The notes under the pieces are model-generated. The model had not been told where the DNA came from. It worked only from the letters and a program-made list of their open reading frames with translations, and did not search any database. Below are positions 23,901 through 34,300 of a DNA stretch of 64,000 bases, in pieces. Position 1 is the stretch's first letter, and each line of letters opens with the position of its first letter. Source of the DNA: Stylophora pistillata (Eukaryota); contig NW_019218071.1 of NCBI RefSeq assembly GCF_002571385.2, positions 62,001-126,000 on the forward strand. Reading direction: 5' to 3'. Both the position numbers and the translations under genes were made by a program.

Positions 23901-24117
23901 TACTTAGTTCTATTTTGTTTTCTTTCTCAGGAAAGGTTCCATGTTACTGCAAATCGACGTTGATTCGGTGAATGGCGGACTCAAGTTGAATCCTGATTTC
24001 TGTGTGGATTTTGGAGAAGAGCCATATGGCCCAGCTCTCGCTCATGAAGTGCGTTATCCGGGGGGAGATTGCTCCTCTGATATATGGCTGAGTGAAAGCA
24101 GATCTGCAAAGTTGTAG
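14809..24117 (+). CDS. SELENBP1: Selenium-binding protein 1 / methanethiol oxidase, 11 exons, 482 aa
   Basis: Exons 14809-14821, 15801-15970 ([25 protein letters not shown]), 16562-16632 ([12 protein letters not shown]), 17875-17989, 19771-19891, 20577-20756 ([19 protein letters not shown]), 21076-21254 ([11 protein letters not shown]), 21925-22003, 22494-22615 ([23 protein letters not shown]), 22936-23147 ([23 protein letters not shown]), 23931-24117 ([13 protein letters not shown]). Total 1449 nt, all phases consistent. Confidence 0.97.
14929..15081 (-). mobile_element. Penelope-like element terminal remnant carrying a minimal hammerhead motif
   Basis: Flanked by the direct repeat CTGAACTAA (14920-14928, 15082-15090). 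Minus strand reads GCT-CTGACGA-TGGGATAACGCTC-GAAACGTC-TGC. Same family as 16648-16889 and 26517-26673. Confidence 0.65.
15041..15068 (-). ncRNA. Minimal type I hammerhead ribozyme core (partly degenerate)
   Basis: CUGACGA..stem II..GAAACGUC, matching the minimal PLE hammerhead architecture; mismatches in stems I and II. Confidence 0.5.
15495..15582. repeat. 43-bp tandem duplication
   Basis: gagttatgatgggccataacargtatgaaaatwcggcgtagtt twice, 2 differences. Confidence 0.9.
16648..16889. mobile_element. Penelope-like remnant with inverted (hairpin) configuration
   Basis: 13-bp TSD TAGTCTTACTATA (16635-16647, 16890-16902); arms about 16711-16790 and 16807-16886 are inverted; the hammerhead core is mutated. 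Confidence 0.7.
17019..17241. mobile_element. Abundant MITE with TTAACCCT-like ends (piggyBac-like)
   Basis: ctaatttctccttacaatattacccctgaatcacacattaaggtc...gttagggtgcaaagggtt; related copies near 6160-6300, 34335-34440 and 35990-36170. Confidence 0.6.
17478..17605. repeat. Imperfect (ATT)n microsatellite
   Basis: Direct inspection; it produces the spurious poly-N and poly-I ORFs. Confidence 0.95.
18391..19643. mobile_element. Foldback DNA transposon, IS3EU-like, with CpG-rich 20-bp palindromic tandem arrays; centre is an assembly gap
   Basis: Ends TACGGTGGCTCTCAAGGGCCATCCACC...GGTGGATGGCCCTTGAGAGCCACCGTA. Perfect 6-bp TSD GTTATG. Inverted arrays of TATCGCGCGATAGRACAACT at about 18493-18721 and 19258-19553. 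Confidence 0.88.
18722..19257. other. Assembly gap (N)
   Basis: Run of N. Confidence 1.
20192..20350. repeat. Long imperfect palindrome (MITE-like hairpin)
   Basis: caccgaatcaaaatatggcgtccaatttgaatt...aattcaaattggacgccatatttcgattcggtg. Confidence 0.8.
20372..20508. other. Assembly gap (N)
   Basis: Run of N. Confidence 1.
21460..21890 (+). mobile_element. tRNA-derived SINE
   Basis: Head GCCGCCTGGTTAGCTCATGTTGTAGAATGCCGGACT..GAGGGTTCAAGCCC has A/B-box-like motifs but no acceptor stem; about 350-nt body ending in ggatatggcgctataaaaa and an AT-rich tail. Confidence 0.75.
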
Positions 24118-24599
24118 GCTCAGCCTTGGAAAATCCTGGGATCATAAGTTTGTAACTTGTACCCGATTGTTTCTGGAAACCGTAATATATTTGAATGTTA
24201 GGACAAAAAAATAAGTCGTTCACTGGATCTAAAAATGTTAAAGTCGAATAAGTTAATGTAGAGGGCAGATCTAAACTGCGCAATAATGTTAAAGTTCACA
24301 TTTATTCCTCAGTGAAGGTGCACTTTTTAAGAAATTGCAATAATTTTACTCACAATGTAAGAGCATTTTGTTTTTGTTGTGAACCCAACACGTGCCCAGC
24401 TCAGACGAGATTTGTTTCTTGAAATTAGGCAACGCTTCCCTTACAAAAGTCTGAAAATTACTTTAGTCTTCCCAAGAGAATATATACCCTTGGTTATCTA
24501 TAAAGTCCTTTGGCGCGTCGTTGTCCTTTGTTCTGTAATTTGCTTAGTTTTCAAATCTTTTCTCCCACAATAGACTTAGTGCTTTTCGTATGGAATTAA

Positions 24600-26224
24600 G
24601 GTTACTTCCTACCTTCAGAGGCCGAAAAAATCGTTTTTTTTTTCTTTGGACTAGATTGAAGTTAGACATTTGAACTAACGTTTACAAAAAAAAAAAATAA
24701 AAGTTAATCAATCAGGAAGGTGTCATAATCTCGTAATTGGGCGAACCCCCAGGGGGAATGTTCGCGGCAATTTTTATGTCGTTTGCATATTTTGTTTACA
24801 TCGCGCACTTGACAAAATTCACACGTGGAAGTTATCTGCACGTGGAAAGTCTTTTCTCATGGATAAAACACATAACTCAAAATTAGAGAGGAGTCCTTAG
24901 GTAAAGAAAAAAAAAAATAACAGACCCAAAGATGAGAGAAATGGCAACATTTTGTCAAAAAAAAATTCCTTGCTGAAAGCGACAAAGGCTCTTGGTTTGG
25001 CCAGGAGCCTTCGGCAAGTTCGGCATCTGCTGAAGATCGGCAGCATTCGATTATCCTTGGGGCTAGCAGCTTAAAAATTAAAGTCAACACCACAGAAGGT
25101 TGTAATTAAGACTCTTCGTCGGAATCTGAGGAAACCGATGGAGAAAAGAAGAATGCGACAGATTTACCCTTTCTGCCGCGGGTTTTTCCTTCGCCGACTT
25201 TGTCCATTACTAAACGAGCAACAGAGCAAGATAAAAACGTGACTGCTGCACAATACTTTTCCCGGGAAAATCTTGATCCATTGTCATTGACGCCAGGAGG
25301 CTTCGTCTTCTCATTGGTTTGCGGTTTCAGGAGGCGAGATAATCTCCTGGTGTGGCGCTAGTTGTTTAGAAGCTAAAATCTCGCGTTTGATTTTGAGAGG
25401 AATACATCCACTTTGAGTAAATTTATAGGGTGTGTAGATTTGACCGATTTTCGTGAAATTTCGCCAAAACAATCCTTACATGATGACGAACAAAAGTGTG
25501 TCAGGAAATTTTGATATTTGAAATATTTTTGACGTGATATCCATTTACGCAACACGCCTCGCATATTTTTTGGTACTCTTAACTTTCCATGCGAATATCT
25601 AGGGTGCTTACCATTTGGCCAAAAAATTCGGAAATTTCGGTTTGAAGTCAAACTGGTTAGGTAATTTTCCGGAAATTCCTTTCGGAAATTGTGGAGTACC
25701 TTGAGAGGTACTCCTCTTTTTCCATTCGGAACGGAAGGTCATAAAATTCCGTTTCCAGGCCTTTCCGCTTGGGTTGCCTTGGGTTGGAGCGGGACGAAAC
25801 GCCTGATGGATAAATGGTAAGCTCAATCTCATCCGGTTGGTCCATGGATACTCCCTTACCTTTATGCTACGGTTACGCCAATCAGATTTTTCTTACAAAT
25901 GGTAAGCACCCCTAGACAACCGATCAGAATATCGGAAAAGCCGACACACTTTTGTTGAGTGATGCTTTGTGAATGAGACTGTGCAGCCATTTTTCTCGTG
26001 CCGCGGGATCCGATACTCGATAAATTCAATAGAAGGACCCTCGGTCGTTTCACGCCTTACCGGCTCCTGACACTTCCTAAATGAAAAAATCGCCTAAATT
26101 ATATTTTCATCGTAAACTGCATTTATTAAGCATTGTTTTGATGTATAGTTTGTTTGGGTTTTCTTCAAACTTGCGCGCGTACGAATATTTTCCCGAAGGA
26201 CACACGCGAAGGTAGGAAGTAACC
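24600..26224. mobile_element. Non-autonomous Kolobok-like DNA transposon
   Basis: Perfect 17-bp TIR GGTTACTTCCTACCTTC / GAAGGTAGGAAGTAACC with TTAA on both sides (24596-24599, 26225-26228); GG..CC ends favour Kolobok over piggyBac. Confidence 0.8.
25602..25911. mobile_element. Harbinger/Tourist-like MITE nested in the Kolobok-like element
   Basis: 16-bp TIR GGGTGCTTACCATTTG / CAAATGGTAAGCACCC; 3-bp TSD CTA. Confidence 0.85.
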
Positions 26225-26516
26225 TTAAGCGAGGAAAATTGAATCAAGAGAAATAAACCGTTATATAATTCACAAAAGAGAACAGCGGGTTTCCTTTCAT
26301 TTTTCGACTTGTTTTGTTCGGCCCACACGGGAGCCTGTGTTAAAAATTTGAGTCACAAATCCCTATCAAGGCTCCAAGGCGCGTGCGGCTGCGTAAATTT
26401 TACAATGCACATTAAAGGCATGTGAAATCAGTGTGAAGCAATTACATTTTTCTGTGATTGCTTTTCAGCTGCGTCTTACAAGCACATGCAATTTGTAGGA
26501 AATGATTACTGTGCCC

Positions 26517-26528
26517 AAATGAATAAAT

Positions 26529-26566
<38 letters not shown>

Positions 26567-26673
26567 AATTTGGTAATATCAACCAAGTTGAAATTGTAAA
26601 TTGGCCAACGTAAAGAGCCTAGTTTTAACTCTTTACGGTGGCCAATTTACAATTTCAACTTAGTTATTACCAA
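26517..26673. mobile_element. Penelope-like remnant with inverted configuration
   Basis: Shares gtttctaaagaaactgtggtgctgcgt and tacggtggccaatttac with the other copies; TSD ATTACTGYGCCC (26505-26516, 26674-26685). Confidence 0.65.
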
Positions 26674-28334
26674 ATTACTGCGCCCGAAGGCTAGCATTAG
26701 ATGTGCCTGGGCGCACATTCAAATGCGTCTGGTTCCATTTTCAAAATCTGCAAACAGGATGTTTTTCTTTCCCTTTTTGCGATGGTGCCTTGCGAAAACA
26801 AGATTTTCGAAAGAAATGTTTGTTTCTTCACGTTAACTTTTCTCGTAGAGCTTTTCCTATTGGAAAAGTTCCTATTGGAAAAGCTCTACGAGAACTATTG
26901 ATTCTCCTTGCGTTCAAACAGATAGGTGCTTACCGCGCGCGCGCGCAAGATGTCGCATGCCCTTTAAGCGCATTTTTTTGAAATGAATCAATAGTTGTTT
27001 CATGGAGTTAACGGATATTTTACACAAAAAATGATGAAGCGTGGATCTTGCTATCCTTACCGGCTAAGAGACCGGTTTAAAGAACTTTTTTTTGTAAAGT
27101 GATGTCAGTGTAGCTCACCGAAGATGAACCGACGTTTTAAATGCCTTTTAGAGTTGAGGTCTTGCGCCACTGGGTGACGCGGAAGATGACGCAACAATAA
27201 AGATGCTTTGTCGTCATAACAAAGCAATCAGGAAATAATGAAGTTTTCGAGCGGTGTTGATTTTCAAAGTGTTTACTGCCATGTTAATTAAGCACTTCAA
27301 TACGTGAAAATTGCAGGAAGAAAGTATCATCACCTGAATATTTGCGGCAAAATGTGTCGAACCGGTTTTCCAAGTGCAGAACCATTCACAAACTGGTGTC
27401 AGCTACAGGCTTCAAGTTACTGACCGCAGTCAATAAGGTGAGATTTTTCACGCGTAACTTGAGCAAACTAAATTTTTTACTGTGATGCGTCTGTTTTGGC
27501 ATCTTTTTAGACTGCTTTCTCCAGCTAATTTCGACAGGAGAATGTGCACTGAGTGAGTTAACTGTGTCGGTTGTAACGTTTTGTAGTACCCATGTATGCT
27601 TCAATCAGCGCTCGTAATATTTTCGCGTTTGAAAAAAAAAATTGTTACAAGTACTTAGTATAGATTTGGCTTAGTACCACAGGTCTGTCCGTAGAAGTCT
27701 GCCTCGCTCAACACTCATAGTTTTAAGCAAAGACAAATTCGAGGAGTAAAAAAAAATTCACCAAACTCGTTTAACCAGTGTTTTTATTTACAATAAAATA
27801 CAGTGCCTTCATTAAAATGCAGCGCCGAGAGCATGCGTTGACCGTTCAACACGAAGGCGCGCTATATAAGGAAGTCTTCGCTGGGAAGACCGTGGCTCAT
27901 TTGTATTGTTTACTTCCACCAGCATGGTGGCATGAGGTAACGTGCGAACCACCTACTTCGATCTCAAATTTACCGCCACAAATAAAGACAGTTTCCATTG
28001 GAGAAAGGAAATACAAATCTCAAAAATTCTTGTATTGTGATGAAGACATAAAACAATTTTGAGGAATGCGCCCGCTGTTCACTGCTTTGGAGTAGCTGTA
28101 GCTAAAGCTGACTTGACTCTAAGAGTTCTACATCACACGACGATTGATTGACAAATGGTCCAGTGGGACCTAAGGCTCGTTTTATAGCGCGCCTTCGTGT
28201 TTAAAAAAATTGATTCAAAATGCATTTAATGTACGCCAAGTCTCCAAAACAATATTGGCCTCTAAATTGAACTTCTCTTCGCTGCAGACTGGTTTGTCTT
28301 TTAGTCTCAATACTTTCTTGTTCATCTGTTCTCG

Positions 28335-31300
28335 TCACGGCTCGTCCTAGCAAAGTAAACGGAATAGTCAACGAAGCACTTCTTATTGCAAGGATATCAT
28401 TTCTTATTTGTTTGTTTGTTTGTTTTTCACACCTTGGGCTTTAAACATGTCGAGGAATTTTGGGTGGGCCAATATAATTGGGCTAGTGAGCGGAATTGGT
28501 ACATAAATCGTAGTTTCTTTCACCAAAACAAAAATTCTAAACTCGACTGAACAAACTCAGTGTTAACACGCGAGTTGTAGTCATCCCTGGACATCTACCT
28601 GTAATGGGACCAACCTGTCCATTAGTGAATTCGACGCGACCCAGTTTCTCTGAGTATTTTGGATTAATGAGCGTAGGTTTTGTTCTTTTTAGACTTGACT
28701 CTAATAGCAAGTTAAAACCTACCTTTGTGGAAGCGCTAGTTTCGTCAACAGGGCTCGGTTGAGGAGGTTTGTAAAATGGATCGCGAGTCTGCATTAGTTC
28801 CATTAACCTTTGATAAGATCCGTTTTCTGGAGTGAATAGGTTTCTCTGCAAAGCGAGACATGGCTAAGAGTAAAAAAATGCACAGAAAGAAAACTGGTTT
28901 GCACGGTTTAGGATAATCAGATAACTACCATTGTGGCAAAGTCTTGAATTTCCTTTCTTCCCGTTGCCGCGACTATAACCCATTTCCGATTTACCCTGGT
29001 GCCTCATATGATTATTAGTTTTCAAATGCAAATTAAACTAATTCTCAAACGAATGATTGCGCACCAGGCCTTATGTTGAAAAAGAGGCCAAAGGTAATCC
29101 GGAAATAGCCTATTCATCCATCGAGATGCTGCTATCACTTCCCTCTAAATTATCGAAGTTGAGATGAATCCCATGTCTTTGCTCCAAATTCTGAATAATT
29201 AAAAATTATTACATGTACGCGCGCTGGATATGAGATGGTGGTAAACAGCCAACAAGGCGCCTAGCGCTGAGTTACCAATCTCGTATCCAACAAGCGCAAA
29301 TGGAAAAACTGATTTATCAAATTTCATACAATCCTGAAGGTTTGGATATTTGGAGCCTTTTTTCAGTTCTACAACTTACAGTTGGGGCAAAGCAATTTCA
29401 TATAGGGCGATTCGGAATATGAGCTGATAACAGGAGTGAAGTGAACCAATCAGAAAACAAAAAATCTAAAATCGGAATTGAAATTTAATAATATCGGATA
29501 GTGTCTAAACTCATACTATAAGCAAGTATCGCAGAATAGCGCTGTGTTACTCACACTCAGTGATAACCTCATAAGTCCTGTTGGTTTTCCCACTAAGGAT
29601 GTCACTTCTGCTTGTCTTTGTATGGAAATAAGAAAAGCCTCCACTCCGATTTCACCACATTTATTGCCTAAAACGTGGAAAAAAGATAAAACAATCAATC
29701 AATAATTGACAATAACAAATACCAGAAATGAAAAACAATCTCAGCAAGGAAAATTACCCATTGTTGGTATCTTTTTAAGCACTAATTCTGTGTGAGTAGA
29801 AAAACTTACGCGACAAGTTGAGGTTGATAAGAGCTCTGTTTCCTGGGATAATAATTTCGCCACCCTCTTCCTTGATGGGGTTTTCCAGGAGTGGATTAGG
29901 GAATTCTACAACTTCAGGTTGCTGTAAATAAGCAAATAAAACCATTTATGTGACTTATCTTTAAGAATTTTTCAGTAACATTGATCATTATATAATCAAC
30001 TAAGAGAGCATTCAGTGACCTTCTCTTGATTCAACAGAATATATTATTTGTAGGTACATGGAGAAATACATGTAACTGCAAATGACCTACCTCTTGTTCA
30101 GGCTGTTGCACTTTTTTATCACCTTTGGTTGTATTAACTTTTTTCCCTTTACCAACGCTCTTGTTGACAGCTTCCGTAGAAGCAACTAGATGAAAATAAC
30201 AATGGATTAACTTAAAGTTACCGTTTAATTTATTTCTTCTAAGTATATATACACTATCCGTGCTTGCATGACAACATAATTATAAAAACTATTTTCCAGT
30301 CTTACTTACTTTTCTTAGCCTTGTCCGTTTCTTGCTTTTTTGTATCCTGCAAAGCAAACAGTATATTAAGTTCTTTGATATAAAATGTGACGACAAAAGA
30401 AGTGAAAGGAGCTAATTAAACAACTCTTAACTCTGTAGTTTACAACCCACGTCAATATTTTCCATCCTTCTGCCTTATTCTATCCATCCCCATGTTTGCT
30501 ATTTCATCAAACTAATAATCCGTGCAGTTTCTTTAATCTAAGTTCATCACCGATCATTGCCCTCATCACCTTTCATGCCATAAAAATCTCGAAGTCGTGA
30601 CCTAATTGTCGACTATTGAACTTGCAGCTGACTTCTCAGCTTTGTGCCAGATTCTCGATAAAACAATCTGAGCATTAACCTTCGGAGATTTCTTAGGCGA
30701 GAAAGAAATGAGATGGCAGAAAAATATTCGATAATTTACAAGTGCAAAGATGTTTTCTTTGCGCTCAAGAGAAGTTGAATGAATAACGAAGGTTCTCCTA
30801 TCTGGGTAAATGTTTACTATATTTACTGTAAAACTGAACAGTTATTTGTTTCTTTAGCTTAAATAATATCACAAAAAAATTATCATAGAAGTTTTAAGTG
30901 TGCACACAAGCCTAGTTGTATATTCAGTGCAGGAAAAAAAATGTGAATGAATGCCAGTCCCTCTGGAAAGGATACTTGTATAATATGTAAAACCTCTTCC
31001 AGACAAAGATGAGGGACACTGCGTGCGTATTACACGACATAGGCTAATTGTGTTGCGATTACTAACAGTAAGTTTTGCTGCTGTTGCAAATGTTACTGCA
31101 AGTCGCGAGGAATGACGAGAAGGCTAAAAGAGAAAATTTGAACAGCACTGATGATGCATGGAAGTTGTTGTGAACCGATATGAAAAATCATATTAGTTGG
31201 TTAGCGTTATAAGAAAGTGGAGGTAAACGATTCTCCGAATTCCCAAACAAGGAAGTTCATTTTGTTTCAAAGTTGAGTTTCTTCACTGACTTTGTACAAC

Positions 31301-34300
31301 ACAATATCGTCGTAAAGGCAACACTCAAATTTCAACTCCCCGAAGACCTGTATTAACTATTTACGAAGCATTATAAGTCCAATAAAACACTGGATCTTAT
31401 ATCAACAAAGCCCCTCCCGTCGATCTACAGCTTAGCACAGAATGTAAACCTCACCTTCTTCTTCTGGGCGTCCCTTTTCTCGCGGCTCTTTTTGTCTTCC
31501 TTGGACATGTGGGTACTAAAGAAAGATAACTAATAAGTGGTTGGATATTTCACAACCAGGATCGCAAGATAAATTCTCCTCCCTACTGCCTTCCATGCAT
31601 TTCTTATAGACCTTGGCTCTGAGATTTTGGTGTTAAATCAAAGAGTAGGTTAATATACATTTTTGTTTAAATAGAATAAGAAAGATGGTAAGTTTTGAGG
31701 TCGATAAAGAAATAAAGTAAGATATTTTTCGTCCTGTCACGTTCCTTTTTTTTCGTCTTGCCTTGATAGTATTTTTTTTTCTTTTTTTTGTTTTGCTCTC
31801 AGTACCAGTCTGCTTATCAGTGTACCAATGTTACGGAGCGAAAATACATCCTAGCGACCTCTGGTTGTACCTGCCGCTTACCACCCTCCTTTTCTGTGTG
31901 AACCTTGTTATTCGGATCAGATTTATGGCCCGCGCGCTTTGCGCTTGGGCCATAGATCCAAGCGCAAAAAACGAGGTTCCGTAACTTAAAGTACGGCCCG
32001 AGAAAAACGGGCACAGTAAGATAATTATTTATCATAAATCTGGGTTTAAATGGAGGAGGAAGACTTCAATTCCAATTCGACCAATCGAAGTGCACCTACA
32101 AACTGAGAGTTACAATAAGAGTGTATAACTGTCAATCTCAGAGTCCGCGTGTTAACCAATACACTACCGCATCTTCTCATCTTCAAATTAAGCAGCACTT
32201 TTAACAGCCTTCAAATCTCTGATTACTTTGCAAATATAATTTATCAGAAAACACTCACCCACTACGAACACTGGCTGGCCTGTCCTTTGAACCACCGGTT
32301 GGAGCATTCAAATTTCTTGAAGGACTCCCTGCCTATAGATGGTCAATAAAAACAAGGAGATCATTTAGTCTATCGCACATCGCACATGGTTGAGACACAA
32401 CTCTGACTAAACTAATAAATTACAAACTTACTTCTTCTGGAGATTTTTTAGAAATAAGAAGTCTTCTTGCCACAACTTCCTCGTGAGAGAGAGCAAAGCT
32501 TGAAAGCACCTAAAAGGAAAAGAAAAACATTTAACCAGAGTATGAGACAAACTGCTTTCAGTAAATGTAGCCAAGTTATGAGCATGTCGTTAAGTAAGAG
32601 ATGTACCGGCTAATCATTGTGGTTTCAAATTTAAAGTAGGCTTAATAAAGGAAGAAGAAATTCACAAACGAAAGCAGGTACATTTGGCTTTTAGGGCGTG
32701 TCCAGGCATAAGTTTCATGCTCTATGCTTCAGTTGTCAGTACCAGATGTTCTAATAAATGCTAACCTAAAGCTAATGTTAGGTAGGTCATATTTGATTGC
32801 TTACTTTGCTTACTTTGCATAGTACGCACGTGTTGTTTGGCTTGATTGCAGCTTATTACCAGGCTTTAATTTCATCCTTAGGCAAACACCACCCATGCAG
32901 GTATCAAGATCCTCATTAGAACATGTTTGTGTAAGTTTTATCATAAGCTACATGTAGATTCTGTAAAGAATACAAGGGACGACTATACTCTTCACTCACC
33001 TCTGCTAATTTAGATGCTCCATTGTCACCGATAAGATTGCTTCCAAGATTAAGAGACAGCAGAGTTCTATTCATTCTTAATCCCTGACCAAAGAAGGAAA
33101 ATGTTTGATTGGAGCCATTTGACATCCATCGTTATTATTGTAATCAGTTTTTGTTTAGTGATCAAAAGATTGGTAACTTACATGACTATCAAATGCTCTC
33201 TTTCAGGAGCAACGACTAAATGCTAAACTGAATTACAAAGCTGTGCACAACTCTGCTTTTGTTGCATGAATCTTCTGCAGAAACCCCACACCTCCTGGAT
33301 GGTAGGCTACTTTACTCTAGTTACCCTCCTCCAATATTCTGCCACATTTCTAACAGTTTGATGGCTTTAATTTATACTCCAGATGGAGAGAGTCACGAAG
33401 AGGGGGGAGGGGGGGGGAGGGGACAGTTTTGTGAGGACATGATCCCCTGCAACTTAAAATTCCTAGCCCCATGTTTCAGGCACAGATCATAATGTAATCC
33501 ACGCCAGACACAGTCATCCTTGCTTACCTTTGCTATCCAGGAAGCTCCTTCACAAGTTATTTTGTTATAGCATAAGTTCAAGGTTGTCAGTGACTTGTTG
33601 GCTGTCAATGCTCTCCCAATCATCCTTGCCCCCATATCATTGACGTAGCAGTTCCTTAAGGACAAGTTCTGTACCCTAAATTTTTAAGAAGATCATAAAA
33701 TTGATAAACCGATGTATCCAAACATCAAATAATTCAAGAGTCAATGGGTAACTACCTTGCGTTGAACATTTGTACAGGGCACTGAAATTTACAGTTTAAA
33801 AATTGGGTAACTGTGAAGAACAACTCCCTGAATGAACCCGTTGGCTAACAGTCTGCTGACAGTTGGATAACTGTGGGCCAAGTAATGGCCAAAAGTCTTC
33901 CAAAAGTCGGCCAACAGTTTTAAGTACACAATTACCAATAATTGTTCAAATGGATGCTGTGTATCATTCGGTCACATTTATTACATGTTTTCCACTCGCA
34001 TTTTCAATGACTACACATATGACATGTGCATGTATGACAATATTATTGATTAGACAAGTGTACTGTGTAAAAGTAGTTTCCTGACTGGTGTACCTGAACT
34101 AATGACCCATAAATTACATAATTTCCCTGCTCTGGCTGTCTTCACCCTCCCCAAATTAAAGATTTTAGTATCAAATTCAAAATTAGATATAGTTTTCTAT
34201 CTTTAGCTAACGTTAAGTAATTTTTCATCATCATTGAGTGTTCTTTCTTCACCCCCACCCCCCACTGGTGACTGAATGATCATGCAAAATTTCTCTTGTC

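Noticed and set aside
14809-24117. Selenocysteine recoding in SELENBP1
   Set aside because: No in-frame TGA was seen in the exons translated; the family binds selenium but is not a selenoprotein.
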